Source: Octopus vulgaris
Taxonomy: Eukaryota
DNA: 64,000 nt
Direction of reading: 5' to 3'
NCBI GenBank assembly: GCA_951406725.2
Contig: OX597814.1
Location: 55,428,001 to 55,492,000 of the forward strand
In this document: piece by piece, positions 1-12,190 of the stretch
Numbering within the stretch: the stretch's first letter is position 1
How the letters are laid out: every line of letters begins with the position of its first letter
The notes under the pieces: model-generated
What the model saw: only the letters and a program-made list of their open reading frames with translations
What the model was told of the DNA's origin: nothing
Database searches by the model: none
Position numbers and translations under genes: made by a program

Positions 1-367
1 TTTACTGTTAGAAATAGCATTTGAACTAAAAAGAAAAAAAGATTTTAATTGGCTTATTGTCCTCCTATTATAACTCGCATGTGAATTGTTGAATGCTGTA
101 TGCAAAGTATTTTGTCCCTGCTTAAGCATTATAGCATTAATTAGAGGTATGGTTGAAAGATTCTTCATGAAAAAAGGTGTTAGAAATATAGTTACAAATG
201 TTACTGGCCATGTTTTTTAAAGACTATTGGTTGGTAATTAGGCAGTTAATTTATACACAGAAACTTTTCATTGAGTTTTATATAGGGAAGGTATTTGCCA
301 TTATTTAAAACCTAATGCTCAGAAAATCGACAGTTTTAATATTAATGTTGATTGTGATTTTTAGACT

Positions 368-783
368 TGTAGTGATGCTACTGAGTAAGGTTCATCGTGC
401 ATGCGCAGAATGGGACTACTTCCGAGTGGCCACCGGAAGTCTTCCCCATGCGCATGTGCGGGAAACTGACCCCCTAAGGGACACAGACTCATTCATCCTC
501 TCTGGGCATTTCAGCCATCGCGAACAGACGTGCATTGGTAGTCTCTGATAACCACACCGACTTAGCCGCGGACGACATTGAACCACTTCAACCAACGAAC
601 AAGAAGCTGTACAACAGATTCGGCTGTCGTTTTCCCATCAGATATACGTACACCATCGTGATTAATAAACAAACTGCTGTCTTTCACCGATAACCTGACT
701 TCGTCTGTTATATCTAACTAAATTGTATGTGACGGGATCGGATCGACACCCTTTCAGTGATACCGATACCAGATCCTGTTACA
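368..783 (+). repeat. 5' LTR
   Basis: TG...CA ends; direct repeat of 4830-5245 with about 10 substitutions by hand count (~97.6% identity); AATAAA at 664-669. Confidence 0.97.
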
Positions 784-785
784 AT

Positions 786-795
786 TGGTGACCCC
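786..795 (+). promoter_or_regulatory. Primer-binding site, tRNA-Trp type
   Basis: TGGTGACCCC 2 nt after the LTR; complementary to the 3' end (GGGGUCACCA) of eukaryotic tRNA-Trp. Confidence 0.8.
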
Positions 796-1171
796 AAGTA
801 GAAAAAAAAAAAAAAGAACAGAAGATGCAGCGAACAGGTTTTGCCAGATAGAGCACTGAATACTCAGTTTTCATTTTCATTTTTCTTTTCCTTTCAGGAC
901 AGCGAGGTGGGTACAATGAAAAGCTTTATTCATCGCACTCAGTACACTGAAAAAAAAAAAAAAGAAAACACACACACATTATTTTTTTTCTTTTCTGTAC
1001 CTTTGTTTTCCTTTGTGCACACACACACTTATTTTTTACTACCCACGAGGTGCACTCACACACACACCAGTACACAAAACACGATTTTGATTTTCTTTGT
1101 CGGTTCCACGTGTTCTCCATTTCTCCTTCATACCTTCTGCCCCTTTCTGACAGACGATCCTTCCGACAAAC

Positions 1172-1489
1172 ATGGCTGCATCAGGTTTGCCTCATTCACA
1201 AATATTAGAGTTTTCGCGACCATCTCCATCGCGGGGCCTGTACGCATGTACAGAGCCCCCTCCGACGAACAATTCATTAGCCGAGAAGATCGATGTGCTT
1301 ACACAGCGAATCGATGATCTGTGCCGTGCGATCGGGCGCCGACCTCGCAGTCGTAGTCGCAGTGGTTCTGTTTCCCATAGTCGGAGTGACTCTGTTTCTC
1401 GTTCCGGCTGGTGCTGGTACCATTCAAAGTATGCCGAAAAGGCAGAATGGTGTACCCAGCCATGCACTTTCCAGCCCTCGGGAAACTAA
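1172..1489 (+). pseudogene. gag: Short gag (105 aa) with C-terminal RS-rich tract and CHCC zinc knuckle; capsid region apparently missing
   Basis: MAASG...RSRSRS...WCWYHSKYAEKAEWCTQPC...SGN*; ends on the GGGAAAC heptamer. Confidence 0.8.
1480..1486 (+). promoter_or_regulatory. -1 programmed ribosomal frameshift slippery heptamer G GGA AAC (gag-pol)
   Basis: X XXY YYZ heptamer immediately before the gag stop; the -1 frame continues into the protease (GKLNPEEV...VDTGS). Confidence 0.8.
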
Positions 1490-4400
1490 ATCCGGAGGAG
1501 GTGAGCACGTCACCTTCTTCCTTCTCGTTTCCCAAAAATTGTGCATTCTTTGTAAAAGATCTGGTGTCGAAGAAATTCTTCATGGTGGACACCGGCTCTT
1601 GTTGCAGCTTCTGGCCCCTTCGTCTGGCTGCAGACAAGCCCAAGCGCTCTTCAATTGTCTTGCATGCTATTGACTCGTCTCCCATAACCACCTTCGGTCA
1701 GATTTGGTGCGCCTCGACATCAACCTTCGTCGAGATTTTCAATGGGTTTTCGTCATCGCTGACATCCCGCATCCTATTCTCGGCGCTGATTTCTTGGATA
1801 GGTTTAATCTATTGGTGGATGTCAGGCGTCGGAGGCTTCTTGATAGCACGACGTCGCTCTCTACACCGACTGGGAGTTCCACCAATGCGGTCCTTAGCCC
1901 GACATTCTTTGTTGCCACCTCTGGAGACGCTTTTCACTCTCTTTTGGCTTCATTTCCGGAGCTAGTGGACATTGCCTTTCAACCGGAAAAGCCTACCCAC
2001 TCGACCCTCCATTTTATCACCACCACTGGGCCGCCTGTATTTTCGCGCCCACGGCGCCTTGCGCCTGACCGACTAAAGACGGCTAGGGCCGAGTTTGAGC
2101 ACATGCTTCAACTTGGCCTTATACGCCCCTCCATCAGCCCATGGGCGTCTCCCCTTCATTTGGCACAAAAGGGCGAGTCTGATTTTCGCCCGGTTGGAGA
2201 CTATCGACGCCTCAATGCCGTAACAATAGCTGACAGATATCCCATCAGAAATCTACAGGACTTTACGGCAAATCTCCATGGTTGTACCATTTTTTCGAAG
2301 GTCGACCTTATACGCGCGTACCATCAAATACCGGTCAACCCAGCCGACGTTCCGAAAACTGCGATCACTACCCCTTTTGGGTGTTTTGAGTTTTTGTATA
2401 TGAGTTTTGGTTTGCGGAATGCTACTAGCACTTTCCAGCGTTTCATTGATGAGGTTGTCCGCGGTCTTGATTTTGTGTTTGCCTATGTCGATGATATACT
2501 CATTGCGAGCGACACACGTGAAAATCATCTCCAGCACCTTTCTCAGCTTTTTCAGCGTCTTCGCGCTTATAGTATACGTATAAATCCCAACAAGTGTGTT
2601 TTCGGACGCTCTTCTCTAGATTTTCTAGGCCATCATATTGATTCGAGTGGAATCAGCCCTCTGTCGTCAAAGGTCGATGCCATTCAACGCATCGCACCCC
2701 CACTTCCTTGCGCCAGCTCAGGCATTATCTAGGGATGATCAATTTCTACAGACGTTTTATTCCCGGTTGTGCAGATAAGCTACTACCTCTCACCAGGCTA
2801 TTAAAGGACACTCCTAGAAAGGATGGTCAAGTCACCCTCTCTGTTGAGACAGTGACAGCCTTTGAGTCCATTAAGAAGGAGCTGGCTTCTGTTTCTTTGC
2901 TTGCACATCCGGTTCCTGGTGCTTCTCTCTCTTTGACTGTAGACACATCGGACACTGCGATTGGCGCTCTGTTACAACACACAGTGGATGATAATATTCG
3001 ACCTCTGGCTTTCTTTTCCCGTCAACTGCAACCAGCTGAACGACGATACAGCACCTTTGATCGTGAGCTCCTAGCGATCTATCTATCGGTTCGTCATTTC
3101 CAGCATCAACTTGAAGGGCGAGATTTTGTGATCTATACTGATCACAAGCCCCTTACGTTTGCCCTGTGTTCAAAAACGGACAAACTCTCACCTCATGCTT
3201 TCCGGCACCTGGATTTTATTTCTCAATTCACTAGTAACATTCGACACATACCTGGAAAGGAGAACGTTCCTGCTGACGCTCTCTCTCGCCTTCCAGTCTG
3301 TGCCCTTTCGTCTCCAGCTGCTATCGACTTAGCTGCCATCTCACAGGAGCAGCCACCTTTGGCGTCGTTAGACTTAACCTCTCCCAAGTTCTCCTGTTGC
3401 CAATTTTCCTACCTTCCACTTCCGTCAGCCGAAGGCACCATACTTTGTGATACTTCCACTGGTTCTCCCAGGCCACTCGTGCCTGAGAATCATCAACGCT
3501 CAGTGTTTGAAGCACTGCACTCCTTATTACATCCTGGCATCGCTGCCACCCTTAAACTAATCACTGCTCGGTTTTTCTGGCCGAATATGCGTCACACTAT
3601 TACTTCTTGGACACGTACCTGCTCCAAGTGTCAATGGTCCAAGATTCAACGGCACGTTCGTGCCCCGCTTGGACATTTTCCCCCCACGGAGGCCTGTTTT
3701 CGCCATGTCCACATCGATCTGGTTGGACCATGGCCTGTGAGTCGCGGGTTTTCTTATCTGTTAACTTGTGTCGATCGCTTCTCCCGCTGGCCAGAAGCCA
3801 TTCCGATAGCAGACATTTCTGCTGAGACTGTTGCGCGAGCTTTCGTTTCAAACTGGATTTCTTGCTTCGGAGTCCCGTCCTGATTGACTACTGATCGTGG
3901 ACGTCAGTTTGAAGCCTCGCTATTTCGCGAATTGTCGCGCATTTTAGGTGTGCATCATATCCACACTACTAGCTACCATCCAGCGTCTAATGGATTGGTT
4001 GAACGGTTCCATAGACAGCTCAAGGCCGCTCTTCGTGCCTCTTCAGATCCACAGTCCTGGATTGAATTTCTGCCCATTGTGCTTCTCGGTTGTCGGACTG
4101 CTGTCAAGGCAGACCTGGGGTTTTCTGCTGCAGAGCTGCTGTATGGTACCACACTGGCATTGCCTGGTACGATGTTGGTGCCAGACACTTCCCAGCCCCA
4201 TGATCCGGCGACCTATGTCACCAGACTGCATGCATATTTCTCGAACCTTCCACCCATGGTTCCCAGGAAGCAATCTCCACCATCCCATCTCCCACCGGAT
4301 ATGGACACTTGGTCGCATGTTTTTGTTCGGGACGACTCTGTCAAGGGGCCACTTGTTTCTCCCTATAAAGGACCTTTCCGTGTGCTTTCTCGCACACCAA

Positions 4401-4695
4401 AGGTTTTCACTATTGAAATAAATGGTCATTCGGATCCGTTTCCGTGGACCGATTAAAGAAAGCATATTTTGAGACGTCTTCATCTTTTGATGACAACCTT
4501 GCCACACCCAACCATGCACCTTTAACAACACCTTCACCTGCACAAACACCTTCACCTGCACAGACACCTTTGCCTTCACTGGCTCCTACAACACCACCCT
4601 CGCCGTCAACGGATGCCCCGAGCACACCGTATGATACAAGATCGGGCAGAACAGTGCATTGGCCCAAGAAACTTTCAAAGACAATCTATATTTAA
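1487..4695 (+). pseudogene. pol: pol polyprotein (aspartic protease, RT, RNase H, integrase), disrupted by three -1 frameshifts (~1700, ~2705, ~4435) and a TGA at 3881
   Basis: Protease VDTGS...ILGADFL; RT PWASPL, DYRRLN, FGLRNA, AYVDDILI; RNase H ELLAIY, YTDHKPL, ADALSR; integrase H..HPG...[30 protein letters not shown]. Confidence 0.95.
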
Positions 4696-4817
4696 CTTTC
4701 TTTCAAATTTCTTGTTTTTTGTATGATATTATGTACCAAATCTTCTGGGGGATCGGCAAGCCATCTGTTTTTCTGCAGCACCACTACAAATTTTCTTGTT
4801 TTCGTACTTCCGCACTC

Positions 4818-4829
4818 GAGGGGGAGCCA
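4818..4829 (+). promoter_or_regulatory. Polypurine tract
   Basis: GAGGGGGAGCCA immediately 5' of the 3' LTR. Confidence 0.85.
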
Positions 4830-5245
4830 TGTAGTGATGCTACTGTGTAAGGTTCAGCGCGCATGCGCAGAATGGGACTACTTCCGGGTGGCCACCGGAA
4901 GTCTTCCCCATGCGCATGTGCAGGAAACTGACCCCCTAAGGGACACAGACTCATTCATCCTCTCTGGGCATTTCAGCCATCGTGAACAGACGTGCATTGG
5001 TAGTCTCTGATAACCACACCGACTTAGCCGCGGACGACATCGAACCACTTCAACCAACGAACAAGAAGCTGTACAACAGATTCGGCTGTCGTTTTCCCAT
5101 CAGATATACGTACACCATCGCGATTAATAAACAAACTGTTGTCTTTCACCGATAACCTGACTTCGTCTGTTATATCTAACTAAATTGTATGTGACGGGAT
5201 CGGGTCGACACCCTTTCAGTGATACCGATACCAGATCCTGTTACA
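4830..5245 (+). repeat. 3' LTR
   Basis: Direct repeat of 368-783, followed by the TSD GACT. Confidence 0.97.
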
Positions 5246-5643
5246 GACTAATCTAATATTATAAAGATATATATTTTTGCCTGAGTTTATCTGGAGTGGA
5301 GTCATTAGAGAAGTGTGATATGTTCAGGCCATCATCTCTGTAAAGGCATACTTCTAAATGGGAAACAATTTTTATAAAGACATACTAATTCACAAATGTC
5401 TGTTCCATCAATTAATTGTTATCTAGAGTTGATATTTAGTTGGATATTCAGCTCTAGCTAAATGTCCAACATAAGTTGCTATGCATGCACATATACTTCT
5501 GTATTGATCGAAGATCTTTTAATGTTTTGTTAAATTATTTGAAAGAAGTAAATTGTAAGTAGAAATGTCAGTTTTGTTTTTCAAATATTGTAAAAATATT
5601 GTAAAATATCAGAACTGTTTCATATATTCTGATTTGTATACAG

Positions 5644-5721
5644 CCAGGTTCCATTGCTGTTACTGTTCCTCAGAAGGAAGATGCCATGAAAATTTTGAAG
5701 CAGACTGCTACAAATAAGAAC
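5644..5721 (+). CDS. FPGS: Folylpolyglutamate synthase, internal exon (PGSIAVTVPQKEDAMKILKQTATNKN)
   Basis: CAG/GTAAG boundaries, 78 nt, phase 0/0; matches the FPGS segment GVPAFTVLQPEGPLAVLRDRAQQ recalled from the human protein. Confidence 0.85.
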
Positions 5722-7064
5722 GTAAGAATTTTAGAAATGGTTTAATATGTTGACGCTTATGAATCTGAGGTGAAGTTAATAAAATATGATTATCTTACTG
5801 TTTACACACACATAAACAAATACATTTATCATATGCATTCTCACAAAATCTTGAGTGGGTGGATTACTTGTTTTGCAGATATTGAGTTTCGTTGTATCTT
5901 TAGGCTTCATTCTTCATCTCTCTGTTGTTCTTTTAGGAATGAATACCAGGCCTTCTTGAAACATCTTCTAGAATAGATTGGTATTCTAATCGTGGATAAA
6001 CTTAGTTGTCATCTAATTAAAATATTGGAATGAAAGCTAGGCATTTGCCTAGATGAAATTTTGATTGTTTGTTGCTTGATTTTTATTTCTCAAAGCATTT
6101 CTATAGAATAATTCTCTAGTTTCATCCGTGTCCAAGACTAGTTGTAACACTTCTGACATGTCTGCATGATATCATAGTTTTGAATGAGGGTAACTTGAAT
6201 CAAAGTTTTTTCAATAAAATGTCTTAATTTTCATGATCTTAAAATTAAAATGATGATTTGAAATATTTCCCTGTGGAGCTTTGTCAGGGGAAAGCAACAT
6301 TCATCTTGTCTTTATATGTATTTAATTTATTATTAGATAGGAATATTTTGTGTGTTTGTTGATTCCATACCAATAGTTTTTCTATCTAGTATTACAAATA
6401 TTATTTTTGGAGTTTTCAAATTTTTTTATAATGTCTTGAACATCTGTTCAAAGTTGTTGGTATAAGTTTTAAACTTGTACTTTTTATTAAATTGAAAAGA
6501 ATAATCAAATTCTTACTAGTCCAATAGTTTCTTGCCATCAATAATTTGAGTGTCTTGAAGCTGGAGTTGTTTTTCAGAATTATCTTTTTCAAAAAACCAT
6601 GTTTTACATCACACTCTTCTTTGGGTTAAAATAAAAGTTAATCAGGGTCAAACTTCCTTGTTAACTTGTGAGAATGAAAGTTACATTCTCTTTTCAATAA
6701 AAAAAATATCAAATATTTGGCACCACCGTAGATATGTTAGTAAGACATTTATAAGGTAAACGAAAAGCAAATATGGAAAATCTACCATTTAGCTTGAAAT
6801 TTTAGATTCTCTTTCTCATAAAACAATAAAATATCTAAAATTTATACATTTTCAACTCAATTCATTCTTTGTTGCAAATGTAGCTCATCACTGGTTTCAT
6901 TGAATAAGGAATTATCTTTTGTTAGTAAAAATTTAATGAACAGTTGATGAATCTTTGGATATGGATGTCTAAAAATTCAACAATATTTTTCAAAATATTT
7001 GAGTAACTCAGTCCACCTAACTGACTGTGTATGTTTATATGTATTTTGTATGATTTTCTTTCAG

Positions 7065-7209
7065 TGTAGTTTGTATTTAAGCCCACCATTTTCATCTTAT
7101 GAGATATTCAAAGAGAACCCTGTATTTTGCAATAAAGAACCACTTGAGCTTGAAAATATGACATTAGCCGTTCAGTTATCCAGGATTTGGATGGACCGTA
7201 GGAAAAGAG
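7065..7209 (+). CDS. FPGS: FPGS exon (CSLYLSPP...LENMTLAVQLSRIWMDRRKR)
   Basis: TTTCAG/GTTAGT boundaries, phase 0/1; aligns to CPLYLCP...NAALALQLAHCWL. Confidence 0.88.
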
Positions 7210-10071
7210 GTTAGTTTGTTTTTCTTTTGAAAGTTTTTTTGATATTCAGGGATTTGACAGTGTTGAGTACTGCAAATAGTTTAGCACTGGACAAGGTGAC
7301 TGAATTTACATTCTGATTTCATAACCTGCTGGCATTAACTTTACTTTCCTTCCAGCAAACATAAAATAAATACCAGTGAAGTATTAAAATTCATTTACTT
7401 GGCTGTACCTTCTCCCAAAATGTGTGGCCTTCATGTCTTTGTTAAAAGAATAAGAGAGTGGTGAAGTGATTGAGTTAGTGAAGATTAAACGATTTCCTTT
7501 CCTTAGCTAATTTCTCGGTTGTCTGACAAATGAACCACTTTTTTGTCTTTTTCTAATCAGAAATACCCATCAATAAGTAACCAGTCCTATTGATTTGAAA
7601 GCTAGACTGATGATCTTCTTTTGCTTATTGCTTAGCCTTAACATAATTTAACATGATCAGGCAGACTAACAAAGGTATTCAAACTGATTGTCCTGTTTTC
7701 AAAAATAATATACCTTGCCCTACATTATTCAACAGGTTCTTTTTCAAGGGAGTAGGATTGAGTTCGTGACTGCAAGCTAACAAACCATTTGTCAATTTTG
7801 CAATGCTGCTGCTATCTAAGTGTCTTCTCAGAGCTAATGCTGTATCTCATCTGCCATGAACAACTTTTTCAATCCTTCCTCTCCAAAACTTGTATATCAT
7901 CATCATTATCATTTTAACATCCAGGCTGGATGCTCTTCTTGATACCAATCCTCATTTGTTTTCAAGTAAGATAATATTTTATCATGACTAGACATACTTT
8001 CAAAGATTAGAAAACAATGACACTGCTTACAACTATCACATGATATCAAAGCAAGGAGACAATAAAACACACACACACAAAACACCTGTGCCTTTTTACA
8101 TGCTGGTGACATGTAAAAAACACCCAGTACACTCTGTAAAGTGGTTGGCTTTAGGAAGGGCATCCAGCTATAGAAACCAAGCCAAAACAGCTGACTGGAG
8201 TCTAGTGCAGCTCTCCAGCTTACCAATCCAAGTCAAACTGTGTAACCCATGTCAGTATGGAAAATGGACATTAAATGATGATGTTGATGATAGTTTTATA
8301 TATATAAGTATATATATATACATGGTGAGTTTCCATCTACCAAATTCATTCACTAGGTATTGGTTGGCCTGGAACTATAGACTATAGGAGAAGATACTTG
8401 CCCAAGTGCCATGCAATGGGACTGAACCCAAAACCATGTGGTTGGGAAGCAAACTTTCTAGCACACAGCCACTCTTGTGCCTAAATTTTGTATGTCCCTA
8501 CAATTTTATCCCTACCGACATTATTTTCTCTAAAACTACTAACTCATAGATGTTGTAACTGAATATCAGTCACATTGGTCTCACAAGTTCAGGAGACCCT
8601 GAAAATGTTATGGACACTGTCTTTCTGTTTCTGATTAACCAATTTATAAAACATCTTGCAATATCTGTTTATTGCTTGATGGATATAGCTGTTTAAGAGT
8701 TCTGTGTCATGATCATCATGGATCTGTTTGGCTTTTTGCCCTTTATTGTACTTCATTTATGTTGTTAACACATTCAATCAAAACTTGCCTTAGACCACCT
8801 ATATTAAAAGTATTATGATCATGATCATTGTTATTTTAATATCTACATTTTTGTTGCATGGGTCATGCAGGATTAGTTGTGGAAAATGTCCTGTCACCCA
8901 TCTTCATGCTTTTCCCAATAGTTGGACATGTTTTTACATTTTGCATGATTGTAGCATTCATTTATATCTATTACATGTTGTCAAGACAAGGAGCCATGAA
9001 TACAAATACGCACACATATGCATAAAGACATATATTAACATGCATTCATGCACACACACACATATATGTACACATGCAGTGCACTTCTTTCAGTTTCCGT
9101 CTAACAAATCCACTCACAAGGCTTTGGTTTGTCTGGGACTATTGTAGAAGTTGCTCTAAGTGCCATGCATGGTTGGGACACAAACTTCTTAACCACACAG
9201 CTATGTCTGCATCTATTGCTATACTTGTATACTATATTCAAGTCTCTGGCTTCCTTAGAGAATAACCTCTTCTTACTAATGAAGGAGAGGATTAACCTTA
9301 GACTGGACACTTGATCCAAATAATTGCATTAGCATAGACTCCAATAATACCACACAATGACCAGGTAGTGTTCCAAATTTCAGTTTAATTGAGTAATAAA
9401 TAAGGAAAATAATTATTAAAATTTTTTGAGTCCTCATTATTTTAAAAATCAATTAGAAAACACAGGCATTGTATCAATATATAGAACTGGCTCAGTATCA
9501 TTGTTTGAAATGTAGGAGTTATAAAAGAGTTACTGTCTTTGTTCGTAGTCGTTGATGTATCACTTTCCTATTCCACCTTCCTCTAAAAAATCAGGTTTTG
9601 TGTTCAGTTAAAAGAAATCAATATTAAATGATCTAGCTTGGTGCCTTATTGATTGAGATTCAAATTAAAATCTATTGTTAGTTACAGTTTTAACTTCTTC
9701 ATGAGGGTTTAACATAAAATTACATCACATCATTGCTTCACTTATTATTTAAATTTAGTTTATTTTAATTTCATGAGACAATTAATTCTAAAATTATTGC
9801 TTCTGATCAGGTATGAAGTCAGATTTTATAGAAAAGGTCTTGTTAAATCGATTCAGTATTTATTATTGTCTTTGGAATTATGACAGTTGTAAATGAATAT
9901 CACTGTCATACAACCTGTGTCAATCATCTCAAATATTCTGTAAAAGCATATCTGGTTATGAACAAATTTCACTCATATCAATAACAAAAATACTTAAATT
10001 TACATTGAAGTGGGTGTGAGGGGAACAATAACTGAGGAATTTTAATCTCAATTTTGTTTTATTCACCATAG

Positions 10072-10170
10072 ACACAACTTCTGAAGTTGCATTGGCAGAA
10101 TCTGTAGACAGTGAAGAAGCCATTCCTTTTCTTCATCCTGTTGTTGAAGATGTTGATAGAGTAATTGAAG
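10072..10170 (+). CDS. FPGS: FPGS exon (TTSEVALAESVDSEEAIPFLHPVVEDVDRVIE)
   Basis: TAG/GTACTT boundaries, 99 nt, phase 1/1, open; corresponds to the variable linker before the WxGR motif. Confidence 0.75.
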
Positions 10171-10710
10171 GTACTTGGAACTTTTTTTTTCTCAGATTCA
10201 TCTATAATTATATCAATAAACTGTGTGTATATGCAGCTATATGTGTACATAAGTGCATATGCATGTGTGTTTATATGCATCTATGGACATATGCATGTAT
10301 ACGTTCATATATATTATCTGTGTATTTGTGTGCATGTGCATACATAGTTATAAATTTGTGCATGTGTGTCTGTGTAATGTGTATGTGTGTAAATATAAAT
10401 ATATATATATATATATATATATGTACATACATACACACACATACATACAATATATAGGAATGAAACAGTTCCTCTAACCATTCAAAACAATCTTATTTGC
10501 AATATAAATTAATGGTAAAATATCTCTTTACCTTCACCCATTTAATACACTTGGTAAGTTAATTGCAATGCAATAAAAAACACTTGTGTATTAATAATTG
10601 GGTATTCTACCAACAGTATATTGGATAGATATTGTCCCTTATTGGGTTGGACTCACAAACCCTAACTTTCTTGGAGTTTTACATATATATATATATATTA
10701 TATATATACA

Positions 10711-11347
10711 TAATATGGGTAGCTAATTCGTAATTTTACAACCTAAAGGCAGAAATATATACATCACTAAAGTGACAGAGAGCAATAATCAGCACCAGTA
10801 TTGCTAGAAATAAGAGAAGTCAAAACAACTCAATAGCCACAGAAGCATTATCTTGATGACTGATAAGGGAGGCAAGCTCCCTTTGGCAGCAGTTATAGTC
10901 AGATTATCGATGATTTTGTTTTTTGATGCTTATGCATATTAATGCTCATTGGTCACTCTTACCATGCCTCGGGTTAAACTCTGATCACCTTTTCAGTTTA
11001 TAAGATTTCTGTTGAAACCATACAATTCCTGAAATCAGTGTATGATTTCAATGGAAATCTTATAAACTGACAGGGTGAGCTGAGTTTAACCTTAGGTGCA
11101 GTGAGAGCCACTGATGAGCATTAAGATGCATAAGCATCAAAATGCAAAATCATCGATGATCTGGCTATATCTGCTGCTGTAGGGAGCTTTCCTCCCTTGT
11201 CAGTTAAGATAGTGCTTCTGTGGTGATTGAGTTGTTTTGGCTCTTATTTCTAGCAATACTGGTGCTGATTATTGCTCTCTGTCACTTTAGTGATGTATAT
11301 ATTTCTGCCTTTAGGTTGTAAAATTGTGAATTAGCTACCTATATTAT
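10711..11347. repeat. ~640-bp imperfect palindrome (fold-back) in an FPGS intron
   Basis: Arms of ~310 bp are reverse complements, near-perfect at the base and more diverged inside; loop about 11025-11040; (TA)-rich flanks. Confidence 0.95.
11106..11166 (+). ncRNA. Type I hammerhead ribozyme motif (G12>A relic)
   Basis: AGCCA-CTGATGA-GCATT..AATGC-AAAA-TCATCGATGA-TC-TGGCT: stems I and II pair, stem III is palindromic, the triplet is AUC; GAAA reads AAAA. Confidence 0.7.
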
Positions 11348-12190
11348 ATTAAATTAAAAAACAAAGATAATATTATTGTTACATAACTTTATTCAAGGTT
11401 ACAATTGTTTTGAATGGTTAGAGAAACTGTTTCATTCCTATATATTGGTTTCTATCTATAATTGATCAATTAATAAAATCTAATTATAAATAAGTAAAAT
11501 TATGCTAAATACAACTAAATTGAAAACCTTTTCCTTCTGGCCATATCAGCAATTCTGAAAACTTTTGGGTGCAAATTTTACATGAGTATAAGCTTTTTTT
11601 AACAATTTTTGTCCTGAAAATCACCTATGTAAATTACACAGGTATGTAAATTACATGGGTTTTTATGGTAATTTTCGTACAGAACCAACATGGCAGTGTG
11701 TGACATGACTGGAACTTTGAGTATTAGACTAATCTCACATAAAGTCTAAGAAGGATTATCATTACTATCAGGTCAGTCTTGATACCCAAGATGTCACCAG
11801 GAAATTAAGTCTATTCCTTGTTCCTTTCATTAAGATATCATCTAACAGTGGAATACCTTGTTTTATTAACCTTTTTATTAATCTTTCTTTACTGCTGTTT
11901 ATATATATAAACACACACACACACACAACCATTGTGTGTGTTTGTGTGCTTATGTGTACAGAAATGATATAACTAATATGGTTTTGAATGAAAAATGTTA
12001 ACTACAATCTTTATGTTTCTCTTGTGCCTTCACATCTCTCTACTTATATTCACATATATCTACTGATGTTCACATTACTCTTCATATGTAAACATCTCTC
12101 TACTAATATTCACATATCTCTATTTATATATTACCTTCTCTCCACTTATATTCATCTGCTGTTTTCATATCTCCCTACAAAAATTCCCAG

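Larger units (their letters stand above)
368..5245 (+). mobile_element. Full-length Ty3/Gypsy LTR retrotransposon (CsRn1-like), defective, inserted in an FPGS intron
   Basis: Two 416-bp LTRs (TGTAGTG...TGTTACA), 4-bp TSD GACT (364-367 and 5246-5249), PBS, polypurine tract and PR-RT-RH-IN order. The Gag CWYH..C..PC (CHCC) motif and tRNA-Trp PBS are typical of the CsRn1 lineage. Confidence 0.97.
10448..11447. repeat. Outer 44-bp inverted repeat pair (10448-10491 / 11404-11447) enclosing the long fold-back element
   Basis: CAATATATAGGAATGAAACAGTTCCTCTAACCATTCAAAACAAT versus its reverse complement, one mismatch. Confidence 0.9.

Noticed and set aside
315-548. 77-aa ORF and its twin at 4723-5010
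   Set aside because: Incidental reading through the LTR, starting outside it; no recognisable domain.
7605-7660. Isolated CTGATGA (also at about 32493)
   Set aside because: No stem II, GAAA and stem III arrangement downstream.
10858-10905. CTGATAA-GGGAG-GCAAG-CTCCC hairpin in the left arm of the fold-back as a second ribozyme
   Set aside because: No GAAA follows the hairpin in either arm.
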